The translations under genes and the position numbers were made by a program. The notes beneath the pieces were generated by a model that was given only the letters and a program-made list of their open reading frames with translations, was not told the DNA's origin and did no database searches. Shown piece by piece: positions 50,754-60,134 of a stretch of 64,000 nt of DNA (the stretch's first letter is position 1; each line of letters opens with the position of its first letter). Origin of the DNA: Alkalispirochaeta sp. (lineage in GTDB: Bacteria > Spirochaetota > Spirochaetia > DSM-27196 > Alkalispirochaetaceae); contig CBDESZ010000025.1 of NCBI GenBank assembly GCA_965242725.1, forward strand, positions 160,001-224,000. The letters are read 5' to 3'.

Positions 50754-51529
50754 CCCTTCCTCACGTTGCGGACAGCCACTTTCACAGCACCGCCATGGCC
50801 GATCGCGGTCTCGATCCTGAAGAAATTCTAAACGAACTTCGCCGGCACGATGCGGGACCCATGGTAGACGTGGCGATCGTCCCGGAAGACGCGGCTCGGC
50901 GGCGGGAACTCACCGGCATGATACCCGACGTTCATTATACGATGGGACTGCATCCCGGCTCGTCGGGCCGGGAGGACTGGGAGTACGCCCTGAATCTCAT
51001 CAGGGAAGAGCTTGCGACGGGTCGGTACCGCGCGGTGGGTGAGACGGGGCTTGACTGGTACCGCATGTACGCACCCCGGGAGCGTCAACTCGAGCTCTTC
51101 CGCCGCCATCTCGCCATGGCCGACGAGTTTTCCCTCCCCGTTGTCGTCCACAACCGCAGCGCCGACGAGGATTGTCTCGCCTTAATACGTGAGTTCTCAC
51201 CGGGGCGGGGCGGCGTGATGCATTGCTACAGCAGCGGTCCCGAGTGGGTGACCCCCTTTCTCGATGCGGGGTTGTACATCAGTTTTGCGGGAAACGTGAC
51301 CTTCAGGAATGCCGGGGAACTGCGGGAGGCGGCGCGTCGCGTCCCGGAGGAGCGGCTCCTGGTGGAGACGGATGCCCCATTTCTGGCCCCCCATCCCCAT
51401 CGGGGCAGAACCAATCATCCGGGATATCTGCCCGTTACCATCGCCGCTCTCGCGGAGGCGCGAGGCGTATCGCCCGAGCACCTTGCGGAGACGACGAGTG
51501 CCAATCTGCGCAGTTTTCTCGGTATCTGA
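50750..51529 (+). CDS. tatD: TatD family DNase (probable non-canonical ATA start)
   Basis: 'DSHFH' lies upstream of the first ATG (50795); 'GLHP', 'GETGLD', 'VHNR', 'MHCYS', 'ETDAPF'. Confidence 0.88.
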   Translation: MTLPHVADSHFHSTAMADRGLDPEEILNELRRHDAGPMVDVAIVPEDAARRRELTGMIPDVHYTMGLHPGSSGREDWEYALNLIREELATGRYRAVGETGLDWYRMYAPRERQLELFRRHLAMADEFSLPVVVHNRSADEDCLALIREFSPGRGGVMHCYSSGPEWVTPFLDAGLYISFAGNVTFRNAGELREAARRVPEERLLVETDAPFLAPHPHRGRTNHPGYLPVTIAALAEARGVSPEHLAETTSANLRSFLGI

Positions 51530-51560
51530 TAACGTAGCGGTACAGCGTCGGCGTCGCCGG

Positions 51561-52226
51561 TTAAACGAGCGGGACAAACTGGAAGGCGTCGTGACGGGTC
51601 GTTTCAAGGCCGGTTTGCGTTCTCAGGACCCGTGTCATGATCGAGTATCCTCCCGACTCCACGGGAATCACCAGCCGCCCTCCGGGGCTCAGAATATCAG
51701 TGAATGACCGGGGAATATCTCCGGACTGGGCGGAGACGATAATCGCGTCAAATGGCGCGTCCTTGTAGGTCAGTTCTCTGGCATTACCCAGAAGGCGGTG
51801 AATTTTCGTCATTCCTGCGGCGGCAAGACGTTCTTCGGCGTAGGCGTACAGGTCGGGAATGACCTCTACGGTGGTGACCAGATCCTGGGAACCCACGATG
51901 TAGACGAGGAGAGCCGCCGCGTAACCGGAACCGGTGCCGATCTCCAGGACGCGGTCGCCGGCAGTTATCGCCGCGAGTTCAAGCATATATGCAACCGTAT
52001 AGGGCTGGCTGATCGTCTGGCCGCGTCCTATAGGGAGGGGCCGGTCTTCCCAGGAATTGTCTTTCTCTGACTCCGGAACAAAACAGTCCCGCGGGATGTA
52101 CCGGAAGGCGTCAAGAATCGCTCCCCGGGGTATACCCTTGCGGTGGAGCGTACCGACGAGGCATGCGGCGTTGTGACAGCCCCTGTGATGAGGGAGTCGA
52201 GATGATGCTGTCCTTCCGCCGGCCAC
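51561..52226 (-). CDS. pcm: Protein-L-isoaspartate O-methyltransferase
   Basis: 'D.PLPIG.GQTISQP', 'VLEIGTGSGY', 'APFDAI', 'GGRLVIPV'; RBS AAGGAG. Confidence 0.93.
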   Translation of the reverse strand: MAGGRTASSRLPHHRGCHNAACLVGTLHRKGIPRGAILDAFRYIPRDCFVPESEKDNSWEDRPLPIGRGQTISQPYTVAYMLELAAITAGDRVLEIGTGSGYAAALLVYIVGSQDLVTTVEVIPDLYAYAEERLAAAGMTKIHRLLGNARELTYKDAPFDAIIVSAQSGDIPRSFTDILSPGGRLVIPVESGGYSIMTRVLRTQTGLETTRHDAFQFVPLV

Positions 52227-52513
52227 AATGCACTCCTTTTAATAATTTAGAAAACGAAGTTTCGTGTACTATATTAATATTTCAGCGATGAAACGTCAAA
52301 CTCAGAAATTGGCTGAAAATGTCGGCGATTCAACCGTTGGTACGAGGAAAAGCGGGTGATTTCAGATCGGATTCTGATCGGTTTCATCGCGATCATAAAT
52401 AAAAAACATACGATCATAACAAATGATGTACGGGAAACATTGAATTCGTCCCGGCCGTGTGATTTAGTAAAAAGAATAATTTTGTGTTATACTTCCAGTA
52501 CTGGAAAAGGTAC

Positions 52514-53731
52514 ATGACAAATCGTCGACGCCCCGCGCACACCGTGCTTACCCTGGTTTTCATTGCGGGTATCACGACGATCTCGGCTCATGCGGAGGAA
52601 GCGGTGCTGCACCGGTTCCAATCGGCCGATCCCGATCCCCGGCTTGAAAATATCCTCTACCTCTCCGCCGGTGTCGCCCTCGTTGAGGCGGGGTATTCGA
52701 GCATCCGGGGGAACCCGGGGGATTCGGGTGTACAGGCGCGCTACCTCCTCGCGACGGAGTATCGCGTGGAGGGAAATACCGTAACCGTCACCTACGACTT
52801 TCGCTCCATGAGCGGCACGGAGTATTCCTCGACAACCCTTTCGGCAGGACTCGATGTCGGGCTGGATCAAAGGATTGCCGAAGAGATCGAACGGCTCATT
52901 TCTGCGGCGTCTCTGGCGGACGTGCCCTCCGATGATGCGAGAATATACGGTATCGGAATTACCGAAGGAAACGGTTCACCGACAACGACACCGGCGCCGG
53001 CCGGAACCGCGTCGGTTGGTGCCACGGGCGGCGGTGAAGATACTCGGCGCGTTCCGGACAAAGAGGCACCGACGGGACGGGATCGGACAACCGGCGGGGA
53101 CGACGAGACCGGATCGGTCGAGAATGCATCCGAGTCGTCACCTTCGTCCAATCGATCGCCGTCGGACGAAGATACGGAGCCGGACGCGGTCCGTACCGTA
53201 CCTGAATCCGTCGTACCGGAACAAACCACGTCGAGGCCGGTGTCGCGGCGGAACACCCCCTGGGATGTGACTATCCATGGTGGAGGGGCGTTCATCCTGG
53301 GAGACGCGGCGGATCTTCTTCAATACGGCGGGGGCGGTCGCTTTTCCCTGGGATATACGCCGCATCGGAACAGTCCGGGCATCTCCTACCGGGTCAACAC
53401 GGAAGTCTATCGATACCGTACCGTTCCGAATGTACGCGGCGGCGCCCTCTCAATTGTATCGGTGGCACCGGCGGTCGACGCGATTCTCTTCTCGTCTGAA
53501 GGGGCGTTCTTCGGCATCGAAGGATCGGCGGGTGTGGCGGTCATTTCAGTGACAACGTCGGAAAAACTCATGGCAAAGAGCGTTCCCTTTCTGGTGGTAT
53601 ATATGCACGGTGGTTTGTCCGTGACGCGACACCTCGTTGCCGGATTCGGCATCGGATGGAAGAGTATCTTTGAAGGGGGCATGATCATTCACGAGATCAT
53701 GCCGTCCCTGTCGTTGTCAGTTCCTTTTTGA
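52514..53731 (+). CDS. Secreted protein: N-terminal domain, low-complexity linker, C-terminal OM beta-barrel-like region
   Basis: Signal peptide; T/S/P/E-rich linker; alternating strands ending '...SLSVPF'. Confidence 0.6.
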   Translation: MTNRRRPAHTVLTLVFIAGITTISAHAEEAVLHRFQSADPDPRLENILYLSAGVALVEAGYSSIRGNPGDSGVQARYLLATEYRVEGNTVTVTYDFRSMSGTEYSSTTLSAGLDVGLDQRIAEEIERLISAASLADVPSDDARIYGIGITEGNGSPTTTPAPAGTASVGATGGGEDTRRVPDKEAPTGRDRTTGGDDETGSVENASESSPSSNRSPSDEDTEPDAVRTVPESVVPEQTTSRPVSRRNTPWDVTIHGGGAFILGDAADLLQYGGGGRFSLGYTPHRNSPGISYRVNTEVYRYRTVPNVRGGALSIVSVAPAVDAILFSSEGAFFGIEGSAGVAVISVTTSEKLMAKSVPFLVVYMHGGLSVTRHLVAGFGIGWKSIFEGGMIIHEIMPSLSLSVPF

Positions 53732-53774
53732 TGTCCAGACGCCGATTCTTCGGCTCCGGCTGAAGGAGACGCCG

Positions 53775-55427
53775 TTACTGGCCGGTGATGTAGAGGGTGT
53801 ATTTGGCGTCGTCGGGATTGGCGGGCAGTGCGATGTTGGAGTCTATTCCGACGTAGACTGTTGATCCGGCGGTCAACCCGCTCCCAACCAAGGCGCCGTT
53901 TAAGGGTTCCCTGTCAGGCGATGGGTCATTGCTGGGATATGGACTACCCGATTGACCCTTCACGTAAAGGTCTCCGACATCGTTGGGTCCGTGCCATACG
54001 GCGTATGCCAGAACATTCGAAACACCATCACCGATGACCAGGCGAAATGTGTCCCATTCTGTATCCGGATCCGACTTGTCGTCATGCCAGCCGCGAATAA
54101 TAAGGGTTTGCCCTTTGGACAGGACGACATTCAAATTTTGGTAAATTGTCGGGGATGATATTTTAATACTTCCACTATTGTTGGCACCGTTCCCATCCGC
54201 TCCTTCCGAGTCCAGCACATACAGTTCCATCGGACCGTGGACATATACATTGTTTAAGGAATTCCCGTCGTCGCCGGCGGTCACGCGAAGCAGTATGTTG
54301 GAATGACCGTAGAAGGGCCAGGACGTGACGGCGAGTTCCGATGCGCCGATCGTCGTGCTGCCGCCGGTGGAGAGCGGGGCTATCATACCGGATCCCAGGG
54401 AAAGGTCGTCGCTACCGATGACGGTATCGCTGCTTAAATATGCTTCCCAAACGACGTTCTTTCTGCCATTGCCCGTCCCTTCGTTGCGGATGGTAAAGCT
54501 GCCCCCGATTCCGGTTGTCCCTTCCGCCTCCGACGGAAAGGTGCTTGCAGAAAACGCATAGTCCGGTGGGTCGCCGACTCTGAATCCGCCCTTCGACACC
54601 ACTGAAGCAACCGGGTCATCCGGGGAGGTGACTTTGATGATGAGGTAGTATTCGCCTGCTGAGGCCGGCCATGTCGCGCCGGTCAGGTAGATATCCTCGT
54701 GAGAACCGTTTGCGCTAAGCGGAGTAAGGGTACCTGAGGTAACCGTTTCCTCCACACTCGGCGTATCGTCAAGGGATACATAAGCCGTCCAGGTGATGTC
54801 TTCACCACCAGCGGCTCCCGCATTGGTGACACTGATTTGTTCGTCAATCGTGCTTCCTGTGGTGACGTACGGTTGGTACTGGGTGATTTCATAGACGCGA
54901 TAATCCGGAACGGATGCACCCGGACTTGTTACGTCGACGAAATTGGTGCTTGCCCGGACGTTGTTGGTCGTACGTGCCTCGTCGGGAGCCTGAACCCGGA
55001 CGATAACGTAGTATTGTCCCGTATCATGCCAGGTGCCTTCAATCTGAATTTCGCCGGAAAATGTACCCGCCTCAAGAGCCGGCCACTGCCCGGAGTCAAT
55101 GAGAATATCTTCACCGCTATACGCGCTGTCGGCGGAGAGGTATGCCCACCAGTTCACGGAGACCGTCCCGTTATCTTCACCGATGTTTTGCAGAATAAAC
55201 GTGTCGGAAAGGGCATCTCCCGAGGTTGCGGATCCGCCTCCCGCCGGCGGGGTGGAAACGATGTAGTCTGCGTTCACCAGGTCGATATTGACTGAACCGG
55301 ACCGGCTGCTTTCAGTCGTGACGAGAATGTCTTCCAGCTGAAAGGGCTGCACACACGCGACACCCGTGGCGGCGATAGCCACCATCGCGGCGAAACGTGC
55401 TTTTTTACCGATCAACAACAATGACAC
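53775..55427 (-). CDS. Surface lipoprotein with three CARDB-like Ig domains and a C-terminal PPC-like domain
   Basis: Lipobox 'GVAC'; three repeats of 'DY...N.G...W.AY.S.D'; start GTG 55427 inferred (track gives 55496). Confidence 0.7.
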   Translation of the reverse strand: MSLLLIGKKARFAAMVAIAATGVACVQPFQLEDILVTTESSRSGSVNIDLVNADYIVSTPPAGGGSATSGDALSDTFILQNIGEDNGTVSVNWWAYLSADSAYSGEDILIDSGQWPALEAGTFSGEIQIEGTWHDTGQYYVIVRVQAPDEARTTNNVRASTNFVDVTSPGASVPDYRVYEITQYQPYVTTGSTIDEQISVTNAGAAGGEDITWTAYVSLDDTPSVEETVTSGTLTPLSANGSHEDIYLTGATWPASAGEYYLIIKVTSPDDPVASVVSKGGFRVGDPPDYAFSASTFPSEAEGTTGIGGSFTIRNEGTGNGRKNVVWEAYLSSDTVIGSDDLSLGSGMIAPLSTGGSTTIGASELAVTSWPFYGHSNILLRVTAGDDGNSLNNVYVHGPMELYVLDSEGADGNGANNSGSIKISSPTIYQNLNVVLSKGQTLIIRGWHDDKSDPDTEWDTFRLVIGDGVSNVLAYAVWHGPNDVGDLYVKGQSGSPYPSNDPSPDREPLNGALVGSGLTAGSTVYVGIDSNIALPANPDDAKYTLYITGQ

Positions 55428-55551
55428 CCGACACCCTTTTCCCTTGGCCAAGGAATGAACGCATTCGACGCCTTCCACAGGAGAAGAATGATACATTTCG
55501 ACGAAATTACCGGTCGTCCGTATAATAACACGGCGTCCGCAGGATATCCGT

Positions 55552-56598
55552 CTATCGTCCCGTCCCCGTCTCGGAATCGCTTGAAATCCGCGTCAGACTG
55601 TCCTGGAGAAGGGAAATGAGGCGCCTGCCGTACCCTCCGGCGGAGTCACCGCTGGATCGGGCGTTCAGGGGGACCTCAAGTTCCGCGGCGATCGCTTCTA
55701 TCGCCTCCGATGCTTCGGCGTAGGCCTCCCGTCGTCCCGCCTGCCGGGCCCGTACCTCCACCGTCGCAATGTACTCGTCCAGGCGGTCAACGAGGTCGGG
55801 ATACTCCCGCCTGATTTCCGGTGAGGTAATGACGGCTCGCACAACTGCACGGGTGGCGATCATGTTAAGTGTCGTCTCTCCTCCCGCCGGTAGCGTCTCC
55901 GACGGGGCGTCATCGTCCGTCGGTAATCGTGATGGAAGGCGGGCGATCGTCTCATTGATCCGCGTCTCGAGGGCTGCCCGTCGTGCCTCCGATTCCTCAA
56001 GGGCGACAATCAGCTGCCGCTGTGTCTCTTCGGACCGGGATAGACGTTCTTCCATCACATCGATTTCCCGACGGAGCAGGGTTGTAACGGGAGAATCGTT
56101 TCGCTGAGGCGTGTCCGCCGGTGACGACCGGGCTATCCCCGTTGTCGTACCCCCGCTGGCGGTGGACGGTATCTGTGTCTCCCGATTCTGAAGGAGTGTG
56201 GGATTGACCACTTCGATCCGGTCCTGCAGCAGGCTTTTCCGCTGCGCCTCCGCTTCTGCAAGCTGTCGTTCCAGATCCCGTATTGCCGATTCGTCGGAGG
56301 CGGTACCGCCCTGGGCGAGCAGGCGGGCGTACTGGCGACGGAGAGAGGCGATTTCCTGCTCCTTCTCTTTCAATTGCGCATCGGTCTGGGACTTGAGCTC
56401 CTGGAGGAGATTCCACTCCATCGTGAGGTAGCGGCTTCCCGCTGCGGTTTGTACGGTTATATCGTTCTGATAGGAGGTGAACGCCCACCACAGGACAGCC
56501 GCCGTCGCGACGGCGAGGACGACGTTTGAGATGATGGGCCCCCGCATCTCATGGCGGGACGGCTGAAACTCGATGTGACGATTCCGGTTATCCTGCAT
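55552..56598 (-). CDS. Membrane-anchored coiled-coil hypothetical protein
   Basis: Single N-terminal TM, two long heptad regions; RBS GAAAGG. Confidence 0.65.
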   Translation of the reverse strand: MQDNRNRHIEFQPSRHEMRGPIISNVVLAVATAAVLWWAFTSYQNDITVQTAAGSRYLTMEWNLLQELKSQTDAQLKEKEQEIASLRRQYARLLAQGGTASDESAIRDLERQLAEAEAQRKSLLQDRIEVVNPTLLQNRETQIPSTASGGTTTGIARSSPADTPQRNDSPVTTLLRREIDVMEERLSRSEETQRQLIVALEESEARRAALETRINETIARLPSRLPTDDDAPSETLPAGGETTLNMIATRAVVRAVITSPEIRREYPDLVDRLDEYIATVEVRARQAGRREAYAEASEAIEAIAAELEVPLNARSSGDSAGGYGRRLISLLQDSLTRISSDSETGTGR

Positions 56599-56627
56599 CT
56601 GCCTTTCCGATGTGTTACAGTTTTGAT

Positions 56628-57998
56628 GTGGAAAAGACCGTCGGGCTGCGAACAAAACTGTATGTAATGATCTTACCACTAATACTGGCGGTCGTCATGG
56701 TCAGCGGGGTGCTATCGTCTCTCGCCTCGCGTTCGGCCCTGACGCCTCTTGCGACGCGCCTCCTCGCCTACAAGGCGGAACAGCTGAGGGACTTTGTCTA
56801 CAGCGAGTGGGAAACGATAGAAGACCTCGGCCTTGCAGGTAACGCGGATTATATAATTGCCGCGGAAGAGTCTTTTCGATCCTATGCGTCATCGCTCCTG
56901 CGGACCGACACGGAGCTCATTGTCGTTGTCGGCAGGGATGGTGAGACGGTGATGACCGTAGGCGCCCGGGAGCCGGAGGAATCGGAGGTGACGCGGCCTT
57001 TAGCGGCGGGGTGGTTCTCGGGAACCCTTCTGGGAGAGGAGCGGGTGGGAATGGTCTTTTCCGTGGAACCCTACGGATGGGACGTCGCCCTCACGGAACT
57101 CCGGGCGGTATTTTTTACCGATGCCCGGGAGATTTTTCGGACCCACATCGTCGTATCCATCGGTGCCGTTCTCCTTGTGACGATTCTGGTGTGGCTCTTC
57201 GTGGGGTTCCTGGTAAAGCCGGTCGAGCGTCTTACAACGATCATTTCGCGGATCACCGCGACTCAGGATCTCTCCCAGCGAGTATCCATAGAGTCTTCCG
57301 ATGAGGTTGGACTGCTTGGATATGAGTTCAACAATATGATCTCCTTTCTCGAGAGTTCCTACGAGGAACTGGATCAGGCGATGCAGGCTGAGTCGGTCGC
57401 CCGTGCGACGGCGGTCATGCGTGAAGAGGAAACCCTTCTCATGCTGGCCCGGGCGTCGGAGTTTCGTGATCGGGACACCGGCGATCATCTCAATCGTATT
57501 GCAGTACTTACCGAGGCGATGGCGCGCTACCTGGAAATGGACGACGACGAGGTGGACCTCCTGCGCCGCGCATCGGCCCTTCATGACATCGGTAAAATCG
57601 GAATACCCGACAGCATTCTCCTGAAACCGGGCAGGTTGACGGAAGAAGAGTTTGAACACATGAAGCGTCATACTACGATCGGGTATCAGCTTCTGAAAGA
57701 CGCAAAAAGTACCTATCTCGTAAAGGGCGCGGAAATCGCCCTTTCCCACCATGAGAAGTGGGACGGCACGGGCTATCCCGCCGGCATATCCGGCGCCGAT
57801 ATCCCGCTATCGGGCAGGATTGTCAGCGTTGTCGATGTCTTTGACGCCCTCACGTCCGACAGGCCCTACAAGGAGGCGTGGTCGCCTGAACGGGCGCGGG
57901 ATCTTATCGGGGACGGGCGGGGCAGGCATTTTGATCCGCAGTTGGCGGACCTCTTCCTGGACCATTTTCCGGAGCTGGTTGCGCTGATACAGCGGTGA
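56628..57998 (+). CDS. Membrane HAMP + HD-GYP c-di-GMP phosphodiesterase
   Basis: Two TMs, HAMP 'DLS.RV...DEVG', 'HDIGK', 'HHEKWDGTGYP', 'DVFDALTSDRPYK'. Confidence 0.93.
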   Translation: MEKTVGLRTKLYVMILPLILAVVMVSGVLSSLASRSALTPLATRLLAYKAEQLRDFVYSEWETIEDLGLAGNADYIIAAEESFRSYASSLLRTDTELIVVVGRDGETVMTVGAREPEESEVTRPLAAGWFSGTLLGEERVGMVFSVEPYGWDVALTELRAVFFTDAREIFRTHIVVSIGAVLLVTILVWLFVGFLVKPVERLTTIISRITATQDLSQRVSIESSDEVGLLGYEFNNMISFLESSYEELDQAMQAESVARATAVMREEETLLMLARASEFRDRDTGDHLNRIAVLTEAMARYLEMDDDEVDLLRRASALHDIGKIGIPDSILLKPGRLTEEEFEHMKRHTTIGYQLLKDAKSTYLVKGAEIALSHHEKWDGTGYPAGISGADIPLSGRIVSVVDVFDALTSDRPYKEAWSPERARDLIGDGRGRHFDPQLADLFLDHFPELVALIQR

Positions 57999-58049
57999 GA
58001 CTTTGCGCCCCCGCCGAACGTCGATGTTGGTCGTGTACGATCGTCCGGT

Positions 58050-59123
58050 TCACTCTCCATGGTATCCCCTGTCGGCGGCTTCCCTGCCGGCAAAGGCGCG
58101 ATACCTCTCCACGTCATAGGGATAGTCCCAGCACCCCCGTCGCGTAATGTGCTCCCCGCCGAAGCCTTCCTTGAATCTGAGCAGGCCGTGCATGGGGTGT
58201 CCCGGACGACGGTCCGGAGGAATCCCGTAGAGGTCATAGCGGTGAGCACCGAGGCGCTTCGCCGCCTCCATCGCCCGCCACTGCAGGAGGTAGGTGGCCA
58301 TCGCATCCCGTTCCTCGCCGGCGGAGGCGCCGTAGAGGTACATGCCGTAGTTTCCGCTTACCGCGAGAACCATCCCCGCCAGCGTCTTTCCGTCCTTTTC
58401 GGCGAGAAGAAGGCGAACATTGTGTCGGTGGACAGGTTCTCCCGGGCGAACCGTCGCAACCGATGTGTTTCTCGCCGCCCGGAACAGGCTCCTGAAGTGG
58501 CGTGCGGCGTGGACCGGCTTGTGGTGACGTTCAAGTGTCCGTCGGTAGAGGTCGTACCATTCGTCAAATCGCCTGGGCGATGCCGGATGGACGCGTACGC
58601 CCTTCCTGAGGGAGAGGCCGATGTTATACCTCGTCTTTCCTTTCATTCTGGACAGTAATTGTTCCGGCGGAGAGTCCAGATCGATCACGAGGGTGTCCAC
58701 CGGCTGCATATCCGTTGGAGCCTTTCTCAGACGGTGGTTGCGGGTTCCAAAGTTCATTTCCAGCTCCATCGTCTCCGGCGAGGGACGGTCCCCGTCCCGC
58801 CCCTGCCACGGGCTGAGCCAGGGTAGATCGTACCGGATGAAGATGCAGTCCTCCGGTAGATGGGGGCGCAACGCTTCGGAAAACATCTCAAGAAAAATTC
58901 CGTTTTCCGGGGCCTCCTGCGGCTGAGGCCCCCACGGCACGAGTGCATACGTTGCGTCGGGTCCGAAGCGGTGGATGAGCAGCAGGATCGTTCCCGCATC
59001 GGATGTTGCAAAGGCGCGGGATTCCGTTGCGCTGCTGCGTTTGGCAAGCGCCCAGAGACGGCTCTGCATGAGGTTATTGTGCGTCACGATTCTGTTGAGT
59101 GGAATGGGAACGACCTCGGACAT
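58050..59123 (-). CDS. FemABX family peptidoglycan peptidyltransferase
   Basis: 'QS..W...K', 'MKGKTRYNI.L...KGV', 'YLYGAS', 'YDLYGI', 'FKEGFGG'. Confidence 0.9.
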   Translation of the reverse strand: MSEVVPIPLNRIVTHNNLMQSRLWALAKRSSATESRAFATSDAGTILLLIHRFGPDATYALVPWGPQPQEAPENGIFLEMFSEALRPHLPEDCIFIRYDLPWLSPWQGRDGDRPSPETMELEMNFGTRNHRLRKAPTDMQPVDTLVIDLDSPPEQLLSRMKGKTRYNIGLSLRKGVRVHPASPRRFDEWYDLYRRTLERHHKPVHAARHFRSLFRAARNTSVATVRPGEPVHRHNVRLLLAEKDGKTLAGMVLAVSGNYGMYLYGASAGEERDAMATYLLQWRAMEAAKRLGAHRYDLYGIPPDRRPGHPMHGLLRFKEGFGGEHITRRGCWDYPYDVERYRAFAGREAADRGYHGE

Positions 59124-59144
59124 GGAAATCAGTATATCAAATCG

Positions 59145-60041
59145 TTATCCTGCTCCGATACTCCGTTTCCATTCCGACGGAGACTGTCCCGTCTTTCGTT
59201 TGAATATTCGGGAAAAGTAGTACTGGTTTTCGAATTTCATGATGGCGGCCACTTCCTTGACCGAGAGGTGAGGGTCCTGCAGGAGCTCCTTTGCCCTGAG
59301 GATGCGCATCTGGAGAAAGTACTGATACGGCGTCAATCCCGTGTACTTGCGAAATACGCCCAACAGATGGGTATAGCCGACGCCGAGTTTTTTAGCGATG
59401 TGGGGTACCTCGATTCCATCGTCAATATGCCGCTGCATGAGGGATCTCACCTTCTGAACGAGCTCGCTGTCACCGACGGCCGTACGGGAGGTGGTCTCAA
59501 TTGAATGGATATGTGCGAGGAGCTGCAGGACGATTGCGCCGAGACGCACCTGGAATCCCGGCGGTTGCTGGCGGCAGAGCCGGACGATCTGCTCATAATC
59601 GGCCATGACTTCCTGATTGAGACCGATGTGATGGACCGCCTGTTCCGGCGTGAAGAGCCCGTTGTGCCACAGGCGATAGGCGTGGTCACCGGAAAACCCG
59701 ACCCAGTACTCCTGCCAGCCCGTTTCACGTGACGGGCGATACGCGTGGCGTACGCCGGGAAAGAGGAGCATCACGTCGCCGGCTCTGACCTCAACGCTTC
59801 CCATTCGCTCGCCCTCAAAATACCCGCGTCCGGCGGTGATATAGACCGCCTGAAACTCCTGAAGAATCCGCCCGGTGACCACCGTTGCAGCGTAGTCCTT
59901 GGGATGATCTTCCGGGACGAGGGGATACCTGGCACCCGGCGGGACGTGAGAGTAGCCTGCGTCGTTGCAGTGTATTTCCCAGCGGAGAGCTTCCGCGTTG
60001 ACCGGCAGGTATCTCGAAAAGTTATCCCGTTTGTAGGTCAC
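59145..60041 (-). CDS. AraC family transcriptional regulator
   Basis: Cupin N-domain 'LLFPGVRH.Y', HTH 'FENQYYFSRIFKRKTG.SP'. Confidence 0.95.
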   Translation of the reverse strand: MTYKRDNFSRYLPVNAEALRWEIHCNDAGYSHVPPGARYPLVPEDHPKDYAATVVTGRILQEFQAVYITAGRGYFEGERMGSVEVRAGDVMLLFPGVRHAYRPSRETGWQEYWVGFSGDHAYRLWHNGLFTPEQAVHHIGLNQEVMADYEQIVRLCRQQPPGFQVRLGAIVLQLLAHIHSIETTSRTAVGDSELVQKVRSLMQRHIDDGIEVPHIAKKLGVGYTHLLGVFRKYTGLTPYQYFLQMRILRAKELLQDPHLSVKEVAAIMKFENQYYFSRIFKRKTGQSPSEWKRSIGAG

Positions 60042-60134
60042 AAAATAAAGTATATCACATTTTATTTTTTGTCCATTTCGGGATTCCAGAAGTGGGTGTA
60101 GCGTACATATGCAGGAGCGGGAGGGAGTGTAGAT

